This document shows, piece after piece, positions 41,031 to 51,767 of a DNA stretch of 64,000 nt. The DNA comes from an uncultured cyanobacterium. Lineage in GTDB: Bacteria > Cyanobacteriota > Cyanobacteriia > Cyanobacteriales > CAWCAG01. The stretch lies in the NCBI GenBank assembly GCA_963803805.1, contig CAWDOD010000010.1:517516-581515 (forward strand), in the 5' to 3' direction. The notes under the pieces were generated by a model. The model was not told the origin of the DNA and made no database searches. It saw only the letters and a program-made list of their open reading frames with translations. Within the stretch, counting starts at the first letter, position 1, and every line of letters begins with the position of its first letter. The position numbers and the translations under genes are program-made.

Positions 41031-42179
41031 ATGAATAAAAATATTTTACTCACTGGAGGCAGAATGCCTGCAACTTTAGCTTTGGTAAGGTTATTTTCCT
41101 CTGCTGGTTATAGGGTGTTTGTTGTTGATAGTTTAGAGGATTTTCTTTGTAGCTATTCTCGCGCTACAGTTAGAGGTTTTGTTGTCCCTTCACCTCGTTA
41201 CGATACTAGTGCTTATATTAAGGCTTTACAAAATATTATTAAAAGAGAACAAATTAGCTTACTAATACCTACTTCTGAGGAGATTTTCTATTTAGCTGGT
41301 TACCTAGAAGAGTTAAAACTTTTATGTATGGTTTTGGCGACATCTTTAGCTGATTTGCAGCAATTACATAATAAGTGGACTTTTATTCAAACAACTAAAG
41401 CTTTAGGCTTGTTAGTACCAAAAACTTGGTTGATTAAGTCTCGCCAAGATTTAGTTTCTTGTTTGAGAATGGCTACACCTTCTCAGTTAATTATAAAGCC
41501 TATATATTCTCGCTTAGGACGAAATATACATTTGTTAAACCAGCCAGTAGAAAGGTTACCTAAATTAGAAATCAAAGAAGATCAGCCTTGGGTTTTGCAG
41601 GAGTTTATTCCTGGTCAAGAATATGCTACTTATAGTATCGCTCAGGAAGGGGATTTGAAAGCCCATGTCACTCATTTTAAATCTTATTCGACTACTGAAG
41701 AGCGGTTATCAGGATTAGTAGCAGTACAGCAAATAAAGATCTTGAATTGGGTTAGTGATTTCGTCAAAGCAAAACATTTTACTGGGCAAATAGCTTTTAA
41801 TTTTATTATTGATGAATATGATGATATCTACCCTATTGGCTGCAATTTAAAACTAACGAAAGCTATACATCTATTTCATGCTGATGATGGATTGACAAAA
41901 GCTTTTTTGAATACAAATAAGGGGTTGATTCAGCCTCAAAAGAAACTTAAAGTAACCAATTCTTTATCTACGATTTATGAGAGTTTATTTCCACAAATCA
42001 TACCTGAAAAGCTTAAGGAAGGTGGGCAGGCTTTAATACAAACTCAAGATGAAGTTTTTCGTTTGACAGATCCTCTTCCTAGCTATTTCTTTTTAAAGGA
42101 ATATTTTCACATTCAAAATACAGAATCTTTCACCCAAGATTTAGAATGGGATGGAGAATCAATCACTCAGAAAAATTAA
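41031..42179 (+). CDS. ATP-grasp domain protein with degenerate metal-binding motif
   Basis: LLTGGR, LIPTSEE, LHNKW.F, IIKP.YSR, QEFIPG.EY. Confidence 0.78.
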   Translation: MNKNILLTGGRMPATLALVRLFSSAGYRVFVVDSLEDFLCSYSRATVRGFVVPSPRYDTSAYIKALQNIIKREQISLLIPTSEEIFYLAGYLEELKLLCMVLATSLADLQQLHNKWTFIQTTKALGLLVPKTWLIKSRQDLVSCLRMATPSQLIIKPIYSRLGRNIHLLNQPVERLPKLEIKEDQPWVLQEFIPGQEYATYSIAQEGDLKAHVTHFKSYSTTEERLSGLVAVQQIKILNWVSDFVKAKHFTGQIAFNFIIDEYDDIYPIGCNLKLTKAIHLFHADDGLTKAFLNTNKGLIQPQKKLKVTNSLSTIYESLFPQIIPEKLKEGGQALIQTQDEVFRLTDPLPSYFFLKEYFHIQNTESFTQDLEWDGESITQKN

Positions 42180-42378
42180 GTTGAGGTAAATAACAATCCC
42201 TTGTTTCTTCATATTGCCAAGCTACAGATTCAGGATCTCTTTGCTTACTCCACTCAAGAAAGTTGGCTTGCTTCTTGAGTTGTGCCAAAGTTGAAGCATC
42301 AACTCCCAATCTAACAGCTAATTCTTCTTGTTTCATTCCTTGCATAATTTGCTCAAGGGAATTTATATCACTCATCAT
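42163..42378 (-). CDS. Small HTH-like hypothetical protein
   Basis: QEELA.RLGV..STL...K...F.EWS..RDP...AW.Y pattern. Confidence 0.6.
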   Translation of the reverse strand: MMSDINSLEQIMQGMKQEELAVRLGVDASTLAQLKKQANFLEWSKQRDPESVAWQYEETRDCYLPQLNFSE

Positions 42379-42482
42379 TTATTGTTCCTTAGTCAATATT
42401 TGCGGGCATTTTTACTCTTTGTAAGATACGTCTCGATTAGCCAAAGGGCAAAAATCAAAGTGTTAGAATGTACATTGTTTAA

Positions 42483-43025
42483 ATGAGAACCGCTATGATG
42501 ATTTTTTCCTGGAAGAAAATGGCGATCGCTTTCAGTTTAGCATTGTCTGTCCTAACACTTAATAGTTGTGGTAAAAGTACCTCAGAGCAACCAGTAGGGA
42601 GTTCTGCTTCTCCTGATCTAGAAGAATCTGTCTCTGAGCAAAAGGTTCCTGAGAAAAAAGCTCAAGCAAAAGCTGATAATAACCAAGATTTACTCCTAGG
42701 TAAATGGCAGATTGTCAAGTTAGTAGAAAATGGACAAGAAGTTTCTCTTGAAGAGATATTAGCTGAGATTGCTGAAACTGGAGATGCAGAAAGTGCGGAA
42801 GAAACAGCCCAAGGCACGACTGGGGAATTTGCAGAGGATGGTAAGTTTAGGTTGGCTGAGGAAGAAGGTACTTATCAAGTTGAAGGGGATACACTGATTT
42901 TGCAAGATCTTACCAAAGAGGAGCCAATTAACCTGAATTTCCGGGTTTCTGAGACTGAATTAGTGGCTTACAATGCCCAAGAAGAAGAAAATAAAGTAGA
43001 AGTATATTTTAAAAGATTAGAATAA
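42483..43025 (+). CDS. Lipoprotein with lipocalin-like domain
   Basis: Lipobox LNSC; LLGKW strand motif; GTY.VEGD.L. Confidence 0.65.
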   Translation: MRTAMMIFSWKKMAIAFSLALSVLTLNSCGKSTSEQPVGSSASPDLEESVSEQKVPEKKAQAKADNNQDLLLGKWQIVKLVENGQEVSLEEILAEIAETGDAESAEETAQGTTGEFAEDGKFRLAEEEGTYQVEGDTLILQDLTKEEPINLNFRVSETELVAYNAQEEENKVEVYFKRLE

Positions 43026-43232
43026 TTAATAATTAGTTGATTTGTTAAGAGTTTGGTAACTCTTGTTGCATCTTGTGTACTCTAGATCTGTAATCATTTA
43101 GATCGGGTATCTTGGTGAAAGTAGATAATTAAACCTTGAAAAATGATTAATTATCTATGGGTTTAAGCAGATTTACCCTGTCTCGCCCTATAACCATATA
43201 CGGACTTCTTCCCTTAATTACTCGGAGGCTTT

Positions 43233-43442
43233 ATGAGTCCAACATTATTACGCCAACTATGGTCTTTAGTTGAAAATACTCAAGCAAACACTCTTTTGGG
43301 ACTGGATGATACAAGTCTAGTTAGCTGGTTACTAAGACAGTTAGAAAAGCGTCGTGATCTTGAAAGGTATGAAACTGACATTTTGAGCGATTACATTTAT
43401 TCCAAGCTTTCTTTGATTAGGGATCTCGCTCAACAAAGGTAA
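43233..43442 (+). CDS. Conserved cyanobacterial hypothetical protein
   Basis: LRQLWSLVE...LL.LDD..L...LIRDLA; GGAGG RBS. Confidence 0.7.
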   Translation: MSPTLLRQLWSLVENTQANTLLGLDDTSLVSWLLRQLEKRRDLERYETDILSDYIYSKLSLIRDLAQQR

Positions 43443-43517
43443 TAACTAGGAGCGGGCAGAAGAAAGTATTGAAGAAGAGGTGAGTCATTTATCAATCTTC
43501 CCTAAACCCTTCTTGGG

Positions 43518-44402
43518 TCAACATCTAACTAATTTTGTCAATTGAACCACGACATCATCAATTGCCCTCAACATTGTATCTCCAGATTGTCCAGGTTGAT
43601 TGATTAAGATACTAAAAACAATCTTACCATATTCAGGATGTTCCAAATAACCAGATAAAGCCCGTACTCCTGTTAATGTACCAGTTTTTGCCCGTACCTT
43701 GCCTTGGGCTGCGGTATTGCTGAATCTTCGACGTAAAGTGCCGCTAACTCCCCCTACAGGTAAGGATTGATAAAAAACATCACTACCCTTAGCCGTTGTC
43801 ATCGCTTGTAGTAAGTCTACCAAAGCATCCGGGCTAATGGAGTTACTTCTAGATAAACCAGATCCGTCTGCTTGGCTAAAACCATTAGGGTTAATGCCCA
43901 ATTGAGTTAAAGATTGTTTTGCCGCTGTTGCCCCACCAATGAAACGTAATAACACCTCTGCATAATTATTATTACTATCACGATTGGTTGTAGTTACCCA
44001 ACTTGTCAAGGATGAACCACGGATACGGGCTGAGTTGATATCCAGCCTTTGCAAAGCAGCAGCGGTGGTAAGCAATTTAGTATTAGAAGCCGGAATAAGC
44101 CGCGTCGTCGGGTTCTTACCGTAGATAACCTGTCCATCCAATGACTCAACTAAAATTCCCCATTTAGCACTCCGAAAAGCAGGAGTATCAACGATAGCAT
44201 CAATGAAAAAATCAATTGAAGCAGGGCAAACCCCATCACTTAATTTATCCGGTGGTGGTACATAAATATCTATGGGTTCAAAATTTGGTGGGGGTAAAGC
44301 CGCAATTTCTTGGGCAACTACTGCTTCAATTACTAAAGGATTCGAGGTGGCAATGGCACTTAAAGCAAAGATCGTTAAGGATTTTAGCCAGGGTTGTTTC
44401 AT
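43518..44402 (-). CDS. dacB: D-alanyl-D-alanine carboxypeptidase/endopeptidase (peptidase S13, short form)
   Basis: PASNTK (SxxK), SNN (SxN), DGSGLSR, AKTGTL. Confidence 0.88.
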   Translation of the reverse strand: MKQPWLKSLTIFALSAIATSNPLVIEAVVAQEIAALPPPNFEPIDIYVPPPDKLSDGVCPASIDFFIDAIVDTPAFRSAKWGILVESLDGQVIYGKNPTTRLIPASNTKLLTTAAALQRLDINSARIRGSSLTSWVTTTNRDSNNNYAEVLLRFIGGATAAKQSLTQLGINPNGFSQADGSGLSRSNSISPDALVDLLQAMTTAKGSDVFYQSLPVGGVSGTLRRRFSNTAAQGKVRAKTGTLTGVRALSGYLEHPEYGKIVFSILINQPGQSGDTMLRAIDDVVVQLTKLVRC

Positions 44403-44620
44403 GCTTAAATATTTAGATTACTTCTGTGATGACAGTTCAACTGCTACCAGCAGTTATTTTTTCGTCTTTAACTCAAAACTACGGTTATCTTAGACGATAA
44501 TCTGTACAAAAAGTTGACTTGAAATCAATAATGCCGACAACAACAGCAAGGCTTACAATAATTCAGTTGTCACCTTAAGCCTAGAGAATCTTCTGAACTT
44601 ATTACTTATTACTTAAATGA

Positions 44621-47287
44621 ATGGCTAAATCTTCTTGGCGAGAAAGTTTAAATATATCGCGGTTGGCGATTAAGCATTCTTGGTTAACAGTTTGTTTGTG
44701 GTTAGCTGTAACAGTGGCGGGGCTTTTCGCTTTTAGTTCCCTAAAATATGCCCTGTTTCCTGATATTACTTTTCCTGTGGTGGCGATTAATGCTACTTTG
44801 CCTTCCCAAACGGCTTTAGATACAGAAAAAGAATTAACTATTCCTATTGAAGAACAGTTACAATCTATATCAGGTTTAGATGATATTCGTTCTTCTACCT
44901 ATCCAGGGCAAGCGGCTATTACGGTTTCTTTTGATGTTGGTACTAACTTAGAGTCTTCCACTACGGAAATAGAAACTGCTTTAGAGAAAGCCAAGTTAGC
45001 CAAAAAAGCAACTTTCCAAGTTATTCCTTTAAACTTAAACGAATCTCCTGTCATTAGTTACGCCATCAAAAGTGAGGAAAGGGAACTTGAAGAATTAATT
45101 GATGTCGCCGAAAAGGAAGTTATTCCCCCCCTGACAAAACTAGCTGGGGTGTTGCGGGTGGATCTTTTAGGTACTGCCACAACTCCAGAAACCGCCTCCG
45201 TAACTCAAAATCAATCTACCCTGGTACGTTTCAATGGCGAAGATGCTTTAGCTTTTCAAGTAATTAAAAAAGGGAACGCGAATACCTTAGAAGTAGTAAG
45301 TCGGGTAGAAAAGGAAGTTCAACAGTTACAAAAAGACTTACCGAAAATACAACTAGTTTTAGCTGCAACTCAAGCTGATTATATTCAAGAAGCAACCCAA
45401 TCCACTATCGAAGCCTTGGTTTTAGCCATTATACTGGCGGTTTTAGTTATTTTTGTTTTCCTGCGTAACTGGCGGGCAACCTTAATTACGGCTTTAGCCA
45501 TTCCCCTCTCTTTATTGGGAACTTTCATTGTTATGGCAGCAGCCGGATTTAACCTAGAAACCATCACCCTACTCGCCTTAGCCTTGGTGATTGGTATTAT
45601 TGTTGATGATGCCATCGTGGAAGTGGAAAACATCATTCGCCACATTGAAGAAGGGCAAACCCCGAAACAAGCTGCCTTAATTGCTACCAAGGAAATCGGT
45701 TTAACGGTTTCGGCTTCCACAATCACCATTGTTGCAGTATTTTTACCCGTTGCCTTAATGGGAGGTACAGTAGGACAATTTTTCAAACCCTTCGGCTTAA
45801 CTGTCTCTGCTGCTGTGCTTACTTCCTTACTAATTGCCCGTACTCTTTCCCCAGTTTTAGGAGTTTATTGGTTATCGGTAAAGCCTCAGTTAGCCGAAGA
45901 TTCAGCCCCAACCCCAAAAGACTCAAACTTAAACAAATACTATCGCAACCTCCTCAATTGGTCATTGCACCATCGTTCTATTGTAATGGGTTTAGCGATC
46001 GCAACTTTTATAGCTGGAGTTGCTTTAATTCCTTTAATTCCCAAAGGATTTATTCCTAAATTAGATCGGGGAGAATTTAATGTTACTTACATTGCACCCT
46101 TGCCCCAATTAGATAGTAGGGAGGTGAGTGAAGGTGAAAACCTTGTAACCCAAAATAGAGAAGATAATGCTGCAAACCCTTCTCCTGAAGAGGGAATAAA
46201 GTTATTATTAACAGATTCCCTCGAAACAGCTAAGAAATTAGAAACAGAAATTTTAGCGAATCCTGAAGTTGCTTCCGTTTTTACCATCAGTGGCGATCGC
46301 GGCGAACCAAATCGAGGTAAACTTTATGTCAAATTAAAAGGCGAACGCCAACTCAATACCTCCCAAGTACAAGCACAACTCCGGGCTGATTTACCTAACC
46401 TTAAAGGGGTAACCACCAGCGTTGAAGATATTCAGTTTGTAGAATTAGCCAGTACCAAACCCTTACAAGTAGCCTTGTTAGGAGACAAAGTGCAAACCTT
46501 ACAAAGTAAAGCTACCGAACTAAAAAAACGCCTCCAGAAACTACCAGGATTTGAAGATATTACCGCCACAGGAGACGAAGAAGAAACGGTAAGTAAGGGA
46601 GTTAGGGAACGCCTCAACGGCAAACAGGTTGCCTATCTGAGTGCTAACTTAGGAGAAGAATTAGCGTTAGGGGATGCCACGGAAAAAGTAGTTGGAATCG
46701 CCAATGAAATTTTACCTGCCAATATAACTTTAGACTTGAAAGGAGATTCAGGAGTTAGCAACCATGTCCTCACTAGCTTTGCAGGCACTTTAGGGCTTTC
46801 CGTGGCTTCCATGTTAGGGGTATTACTTCTCCTGTTTGGCAGATTGTTAGAACCTTTGGTAGTCGGTTTATCCTTGCCCCTAGCCATCGTCGGTGCAATG
46901 CTAGCTTTGCTAATAACTCAAAGCGACTTTGGCATGATCTCCTTAATCGGCTTAATTTTCCTTTTGGGTTTACTGGACAAAAACGCCTTATTATTAATGG
47001 ATTATACTAACCAGTTGCGTCAAGCTGGTTTAGATCGTACTGAAGCAATCCTGCAAACCGGAGTTATTCGCCTTCGCCCCATTCTCATGACAACTGCTTC
47101 CACAATTTTAGGCATGATGCCCATTGCTTTTGGTTTGGGGGCTGGGGCAGAATTGCGGCAGCCAATGGCTGTGGCGATTATTGGGGGTTTGTTTACTTCC
47201 ACTCTTTTGAGTTTAATTGTAGTTCCTGTCCTTTATAGTTTGTTGGAAGATTGGTGGTTAAAAATTACTAATATTGGTTTGAAGTAA
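44621..47287 (+). CDS. AcrB/AcrD/AcrF-family RND efflux permease
   Basis: GIIVDDAIV..ENI, KNALLL, R.RPILMT motifs; two TM halves. Confidence 0.92.
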   Translation: MAKSSWRESLNISRLAIKHSWLTVCLWLAVTVAGLFAFSSLKYALFPDITFPVVAINATLPSQTALDTEKELTIPIEEQLQSISGLDDIRSSTYPGQAAITVSFDVGTNLESSTTEIETALEKAKLAKKATFQVIPLNLNESPVISYAIKSEERELEELIDVAEKEVIPPLTKLAGVLRVDLLGTATTPETASVTQNQSTLVRFNGEDALAFQVIKKGNANTLEVVSRVEKEVQQLQKDLPKIQLVLAATQADYIQEATQSTIEALVLAIILAVLVIFVFLRNWRATLITALAIPLSLLGTFIVMAAAGFNLETITLLALALVIGIIVDDAIVEVENIIRHIEEGQTPKQAALIATKEIGLTVSASTITIVAVFLPVALMGGTVGQFFKPFGLTVSAAVLTSLLIARTLSPVLGVYWLSVKPQLAEDSAPTPKDSNLNKYYRNLLNWSLHHRSIVMGLAIATFIAGVALIPLIPKGFIPKLDRGEFNVTYIAPLPQLDSREVSEGENLVTQNREDNAANPSPEEGIKLLLTDSLETAKKLETEILANPEVASVFTISGDRGEPNRGKLYVKLKGERQLNTSQVQAQLRADLPNLKGVTTSVEDIQFVELASTKPLQVALLGDKVQTLQSKATELKKRLQKLPGFEDITATGDEEETVSKGVRERLNGKQVAYLSANLGEELALGDATEKVVGIANEILPANITLDLKGDSGVSNHVLTSFAGTLGLSVASMLGVLLLLFGRLLEPLVVGLSLPLAIVGAMLALLITQSDFGMISLIGLIFLLGLLDKNALLLMDYTNQLRQAGLDRTEAILQTGVIRLRPILMTTASTILGMMPIAFGLGAGAELRQPMAVAIIGGLFTSTLLSLIVVPVLYSLLEDWWLKITNIGLK

Positions 47288-47381
47288 GTTATTATCAAAT
47301 CTCTCCTTACATCGGTATTTGGTGATAACAGGAATATTGAAAAACCCGCTTTTACACAAATATTTAACTGCCCCTACCAGG

Positions 47382-48305
47382 TTAATTTTCAACCTTCAAT
47401 TGCCTTTCCATCAAAGCTTGCACTGCTTCTTGAGGAGTTGTCTTACTTTTGAGTAGTTGATCAACTTGTTGGGCAATTGGTACAGAAAGTTGTTCTTGTT
47501 GGGCAATTTTAATTAAAACTTGGGTAGTATTAACTCCTTCTGCTGTCCCTTCTAAATCCTCTAAAATCTGCTTTAAAGTTTGCCCTTTTCCTAATCGATA
47601 ACCCACTTGATAATTACGAGAAAGGGGACTATTGCAAGTGGCGAGTAGATCTCCTAAACCCGACAAACCGAAAAAAGTTTCTACCTTTGCCCCCAACTGG
47701 CTGCCAACACGAATCATTTCTGGTAAGGCACGAGTTAATAAGCCGGATTTCGCATTGGTTCCCAATTCTAAACCATCGCAAACTCCTGCTGCGATCGCCA
47801 TAACATTTTTTAAGGTTCCTCCCAATTCTGTTCCCAAAGGATCGTCGTTGATATAAACCCGAAAGTTTTCTGAGGAGTAGAGTTTTTGTACTGTTTTCGC
47901 CGCAGCTAAATTGCTACTCGCTACCACTGTTGCTGCGGGTAAACCTTTTTGAATTTCTTTAGAAAGATTGGGACCAGATAACACAGCTACGGTATGATCA
48001 GGAAAAGCCCCTTGCCAAATCTGCGAAGGTGTAAGAGTCGTAGCCAAGTCTAACCCTTTGGTGGCAGTAAGGATAATGGTATTTTTAGGTAAATTGTTTG
48101 CTATAACCCTTTCTATGGTTGGTAAAACCCCTGCCATAGAGACGGCGGAAACCACCACTTCTGCTTCTAAAGCCTCTGATAAATTCACCTCATTACTGCG
48201 TGACCAAAGATGAACTTGGTGATTATTACGGCTAGCTAAAGTTCCTAATGCACTTCCCCAAACCCCCTTACCTAAAACCGTTACACTTCTCTTTTCCTTC
48301 ACCAT
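47382..48305 (-). CDS. gpsA: NAD(P)H-dependent glycerol-3-phosphate dehydrogenase
   Basis: G.GVWG.AL, LSGPN, GG.LKNV.AIA.G, GLGDL.ATC...SRN. Confidence 0.96.
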   Translation of the reverse strand: MVKEKRSVTVLGKGVWGSALGTLASRNNHQVHLWSRSNEVNLSEALEAEVVVSAVSMAGVLPTIERVIANNLPKNTIILTATKGLDLATTLTPSQIWQGAFPDHTVAVLSGPNLSKEIQKGLPAATVVASSNLAAAKTVQKLYSSENFRVYINDDPLGTELGGTLKNVMAIAAGVCDGLELGTNAKSGLLTRALPEMIRVGSQLGAKVETFFGLSGLGDLLATCNSPLSRNYQVGYRLGKGQTLKQILEDLEGTAEGVNTTQVLIKIAQQEQLSVPIAQQVDQLLKSKTTPQEAVQALMERQLKVEN

Positions 48306-48550
48306 TGATACATTAAAAATTTTGTTTGGTAACTCTGTATATTGCTCAACTCTTTCTCAATTAGGGTCAAGGATCAGTGAGGAGCTAGATTGTTTTTAAA
48401 ACACTCTTTCCAAGAGCGTACCTTTTCCACCATGTACAGAATATCATGTCAAGGGAGAAAGAAGCAAGACTTTTAACAACAAAATTTTCTTCTACTCTTC
48501 CTCAAAAAGATGTTAAATGTTAAATATCAAATGCTAACTGCCTCTATATT

Positions 48551-48982
48551 TTGACTTACCGTAATCCTGTTCCCACGGTTGATATTATCATCGAATTAAT
48601 TGATCAACCTCAACGCCCCATTGTCTTAATTGAAAGACAAAATCCTCCTTATGGTTGGGCTATTCCTGGAGGGTTTGTAGATTATGGCGAATCAGTAGAA
48701 ATTGCTGCCCGCAGAGAAGCAGAAGAAGAAGTTAGCTTAAAAGTTGAATTAGTCGCCTTATTGGGGGTTTATTCCGAGCCTAACCGCGATCCTCGCAAGC
48801 ATACCATGAGTGCAGTATATATCGCTACAGCAACCGGAAAGCCCCAAGCAGATGATGATGCTAAAAGTTTAGGAGTTTTCCAACCTTGGGAGTTTCCTAC
48901 CAACCTTTGCTTTGATCATGATCTGATTCTCAAAGATTACAGACGCTTTCGCGATTATGGCTTGCTACCAACTATAAAATAA
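48551..48982 (+). CDS. NUDIX hydrolase
   Basis: Nudix box [25 protein letters not shown]. Confidence 0.9.
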   Translation: MTYRNPVPTVDIIIELIDQPQRPIVLIERQNPPYGWAIPGGFVDYGESVEIAARREAEEEVSLKVELVALLGVYSEPNRDPRKHTMSAVYIATATGKPQADDDAKSLGVFQPWEFPTNLCFDHDLILKDYRRFRDYGLLPTIK

Positions 48983-49062
48983 GGGAGTGGGAAAGAAATG
49001 TTAACTTCCTCAAAGTAGTATGAGTTATGATTTAAGGAAAAGCCTTACCAGAGGAGAATTGT

Positions 49063-49275
49063 ATGGCTGAATATAGAAAGATTGAATATCGTATTGGTAA
49101 AGATGGCAAAATTACCGAAAAAGTACTCAATGGTTCCGGAGAAGGTTGTCAAGAAACAACTAAAGGTATTGAAGAAGCTTTAGGGAAGGTTGAGTCTCAA
49201 GAATTACTGCCAGAATACTATCAAGGAGATAACTACTCCTCTACAGAAGATACTCAATCCTTAACTCAAAATTAA
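49063..49275 (+). CDS. DUF2997-family protein
   Basis: I..DG.I.E.V....G..C...T..IE.ALG.V pattern. Confidence 0.75.
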   Translation: MAEYRKIEYRIGKDGKITEKVLNGSGEGCQETTKGIEEALGKVESQELLPEYYQGDNYSSTEDTQSLTQN

Positions 49276-49289
49276 GTCAAGGTAGGAAA

Positions 49290-50060
49290 GTGGAGAGTCT
49301 TAATTTCTTTTTATTTGGTTGCATTCTTTGGTTGGGTATTGCTTGGCTAGGTTTAAGCTATTTGAGTTTAAACTTTTTTGCTAACTCAGAACAAGAAACT
49401 GCATTACCATATGATTTGTTACTCAAAGAACGGATGCAGGAGTTAGCTATACCTAATTGGCAAGTACTCCAAGAAAAGTCGGGATTAACTTCTTTAACCC
49501 TTACCAAAATACGTAAAGGCAAATTAGGACAAATCAATGTCGATAAATTAGAAAAATTAGCTGCTGTTCTACAATGGAGTTATCAAGAATTACTCCAGAA
49601 TCACAAGTTGATCTCCTTACAAAATTCTCCACATCCTACTATTGAGAACTCTCAAAAAATCGAAGAATTACAAAAGCAATGTGTTCGTTTGCGACAGGAT
49701 TTAGAAGAACAAGCTAAATACCTTAACAAAGATTTGCAAAATTCAACTTTTCAAGAATTGCAAACTCTACTCACCAACTATCCCACTGCCAAGAAAATTG
49801 CTCAAGTCAAGACAGATTTGCCAGCCAAGAATTTAGTTGCTTTATTTACATCTTTAGATAATTTATTGGCTAGTTGGAATTATGAAAAAATCGGGCAAGT
49901 TTGGCAAAAAGTCTCTTATGAACCACAGTTACATCAAGCAGATAACAGTGATATTCAACCAGGAGAAGAAGTTTATATTCGCTTTGTGGGTTATCGCCAT
50001 GAGGAAAGGATTATTTGTCCTGCTAAAGTAAGTCGCAATCTTCCTCCGGGAGCGGAGTGA
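49290..50060 (+). CDS. Membrane-anchored XRE-HTH plus GrpE-like C-terminal domain protein
   Basis: N-terminal TM; HTH segment (L.EKSGL...KL..LA.VL); C-terminus IG...V.Y.PQLH...VYIRFVGY.....I.PAKV. Confidence 0.7.
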   Translation: MESLNFFLFGCILWLGIAWLGLSYLSLNFFANSEQETALPYDLLLKERMQELAIPNWQVLQEKSGLTSLTLTKIRKGKLGQINVDKLEKLAAVLQWSYQELLQNHKLISLQNSPHPTIENSQKIEELQKQCVRLRQDLEEQAKYLNKDLQNSTFQELQTLLTNYPTAKKIAQVKTDLPAKNLVALFTSLDNLLASWNYEKIGQVWQKVSYEPQLHQADNSDIQPGEEVYIRFVGYRHEERIICPAKVSRNLPPGAE

Positions 50061-50094
50061 GTAATTAAGTAATAAATAATAAATATTAGGTATT

Positions 50095-51677
50095 ATGACA
50101 GTGGTAGCTGTTGATTTTGGTACTAGTAATACCGTTGTTAGTGTTTTAGAACCAGATACTGATGAACCCAGAAACTCTGCGTTTTCCTGATATTTCTCGC
50201 CTTTTTCAAGTTTCTCTTTTAGAGTCGAAACAGGAAACAATTTCAGTAGTTCCTAGCTTGGTTTATATTGAGGGTAAAGGAGAAATTATTTTAGGAGAGA
50301 AGGTTCGTTCGCAACGTTTAGGACTTACAGAACCAAATCGTTTATTTAAAGGTTTTAAACGAGAGTTAGCAGCCGATTTTCATTCGCCCCCTCGTTATAT
50401 TGACGAAAAAAGTTATACTCCGGAGTTGGTTGCTGAAGTTTTTGTAGGAAATATTTATCAACAGTTGCAGCAGCTTAATATCACAGCAACTAAAGTTATT
50501 TTCACCGTTCCGGTAGGAGCATTTGAGTGCTATCTTAATTGGTTTTGGGACTTAGCAGAAAAGTTAAGTCTCCCGGAAGTACAACTAGTAGATGAATCTA
50601 CCGCAGCAGCTTTAGGTTATGCCATTAAGCGCCCCGGTTCAGTGGTTTTGGTAGTAGATTTTGGTGGTGGCACTTTAGATTTGAGTTTAATTCGTACCTC
50701 AACCCCACAAAAGAAGGAGAATCGTTCAGTTTTTAAAGCAGAAGTTATTGCTAAATCTGATGCTTATGTAGGTGGGGAAGATATCGACATTTGGATTGTT
50801 GAAGACTATTTACAGCAAAGCAATTCCTCACGGGAAGTAATTGGAGAAATTGGCTGGCAGAATTTGCTAGAACTAGCTGAAAAGCTAAAAATACGTCTTT
50901 CTGGAGCTAAGGAGGCGAAAGAAAGTTGGTTTAATGAAGAAAATTTCATGTCCTATGAGTTGCATCTAACCCAGGATAAGTTAGCAGAAATATTAGAAAA
51001 TCGCTTCTTACTAGAACAGCTAAGAAATGCTTTAGATGAAGTTCTCACAATTGCTTTTAATAAAGGTGTGATTAAAAGTAGTATTGAACAGGTAGTATTA
51101 GTAGGAGGTAGTTGTTTAATCCCGGCAGTACAGCAATTAATCCAATCTTATTTTGGTAAAAATAAAGTTAAGCTAGATAAGCCTTTTCAAGCAGTTTCTC
51201 AAGGAGCTTTAACTTTAAATAAATTAGCAGAGTTTAAGGACAATCTCCGCCACAGCTATGCCATTCGCATCTGGGAACCATTTAAAAATAACTATTTCTA
51301 TCACACTCTTTTTACCAAAGGAACATCCTATCCTTGCCAGGGAGAAGAACCTCTTATACTGCAAGTAGCAAAGGAAGGACAAACCGAAATACGTTTAGAT
51401 ATTGGCGAATTAGCTGAAATTACTCAAGCAGAAGTAGAGTATGATAACCAAGGCAGAATGACTAGTAGTTATCTAGCGTCAAAATCAAGAATATCGTTCC
51501 CTAGAAAGTACGAATGAGGAAGTTTGTCTGGCTAAACTTAACCCCCCAGGAGAAAAAGGAAAAGACAGACTCGCTGTAGAATTTATAGTAAATGAACGTA
51601 GAGTATTGCTAGCAACGGTAACAGACTTATTAACCCAAGAAGTTTTATGGCGAGAAAAGGCGATCGCCAGATTATGA
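50095..51677 (+). CDS. Hsp70/DnaK-like protein; frameshifts near 50168 and 51477
   Basis: Upstream frame MTVVAVDFGTSNT (phosphate-1 motif); main frame DESTAAALGY, VDFGGGTLD, LVGGS..IP; third frame RQNQEYRSL...DRLAVEF.VN..R.L..TV.D to TGA at 51675-51677. Confidence 0.85.
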
Positions 51678-51767
51678 TTTAACAGCTAATGGTTAATAGC
51701 TTATTGTTCCGATGTTGCCAAAATATAGGATAATCTAACTTGATTAAACTAAAAAGAACATTAACCC

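Noticed and set aside
44621..47287. Short RND permease without an adjacent membrane fusion protein
   Set aside because: No frameshift seen; short stand-alone forms seem ordinary in cyanobacteria
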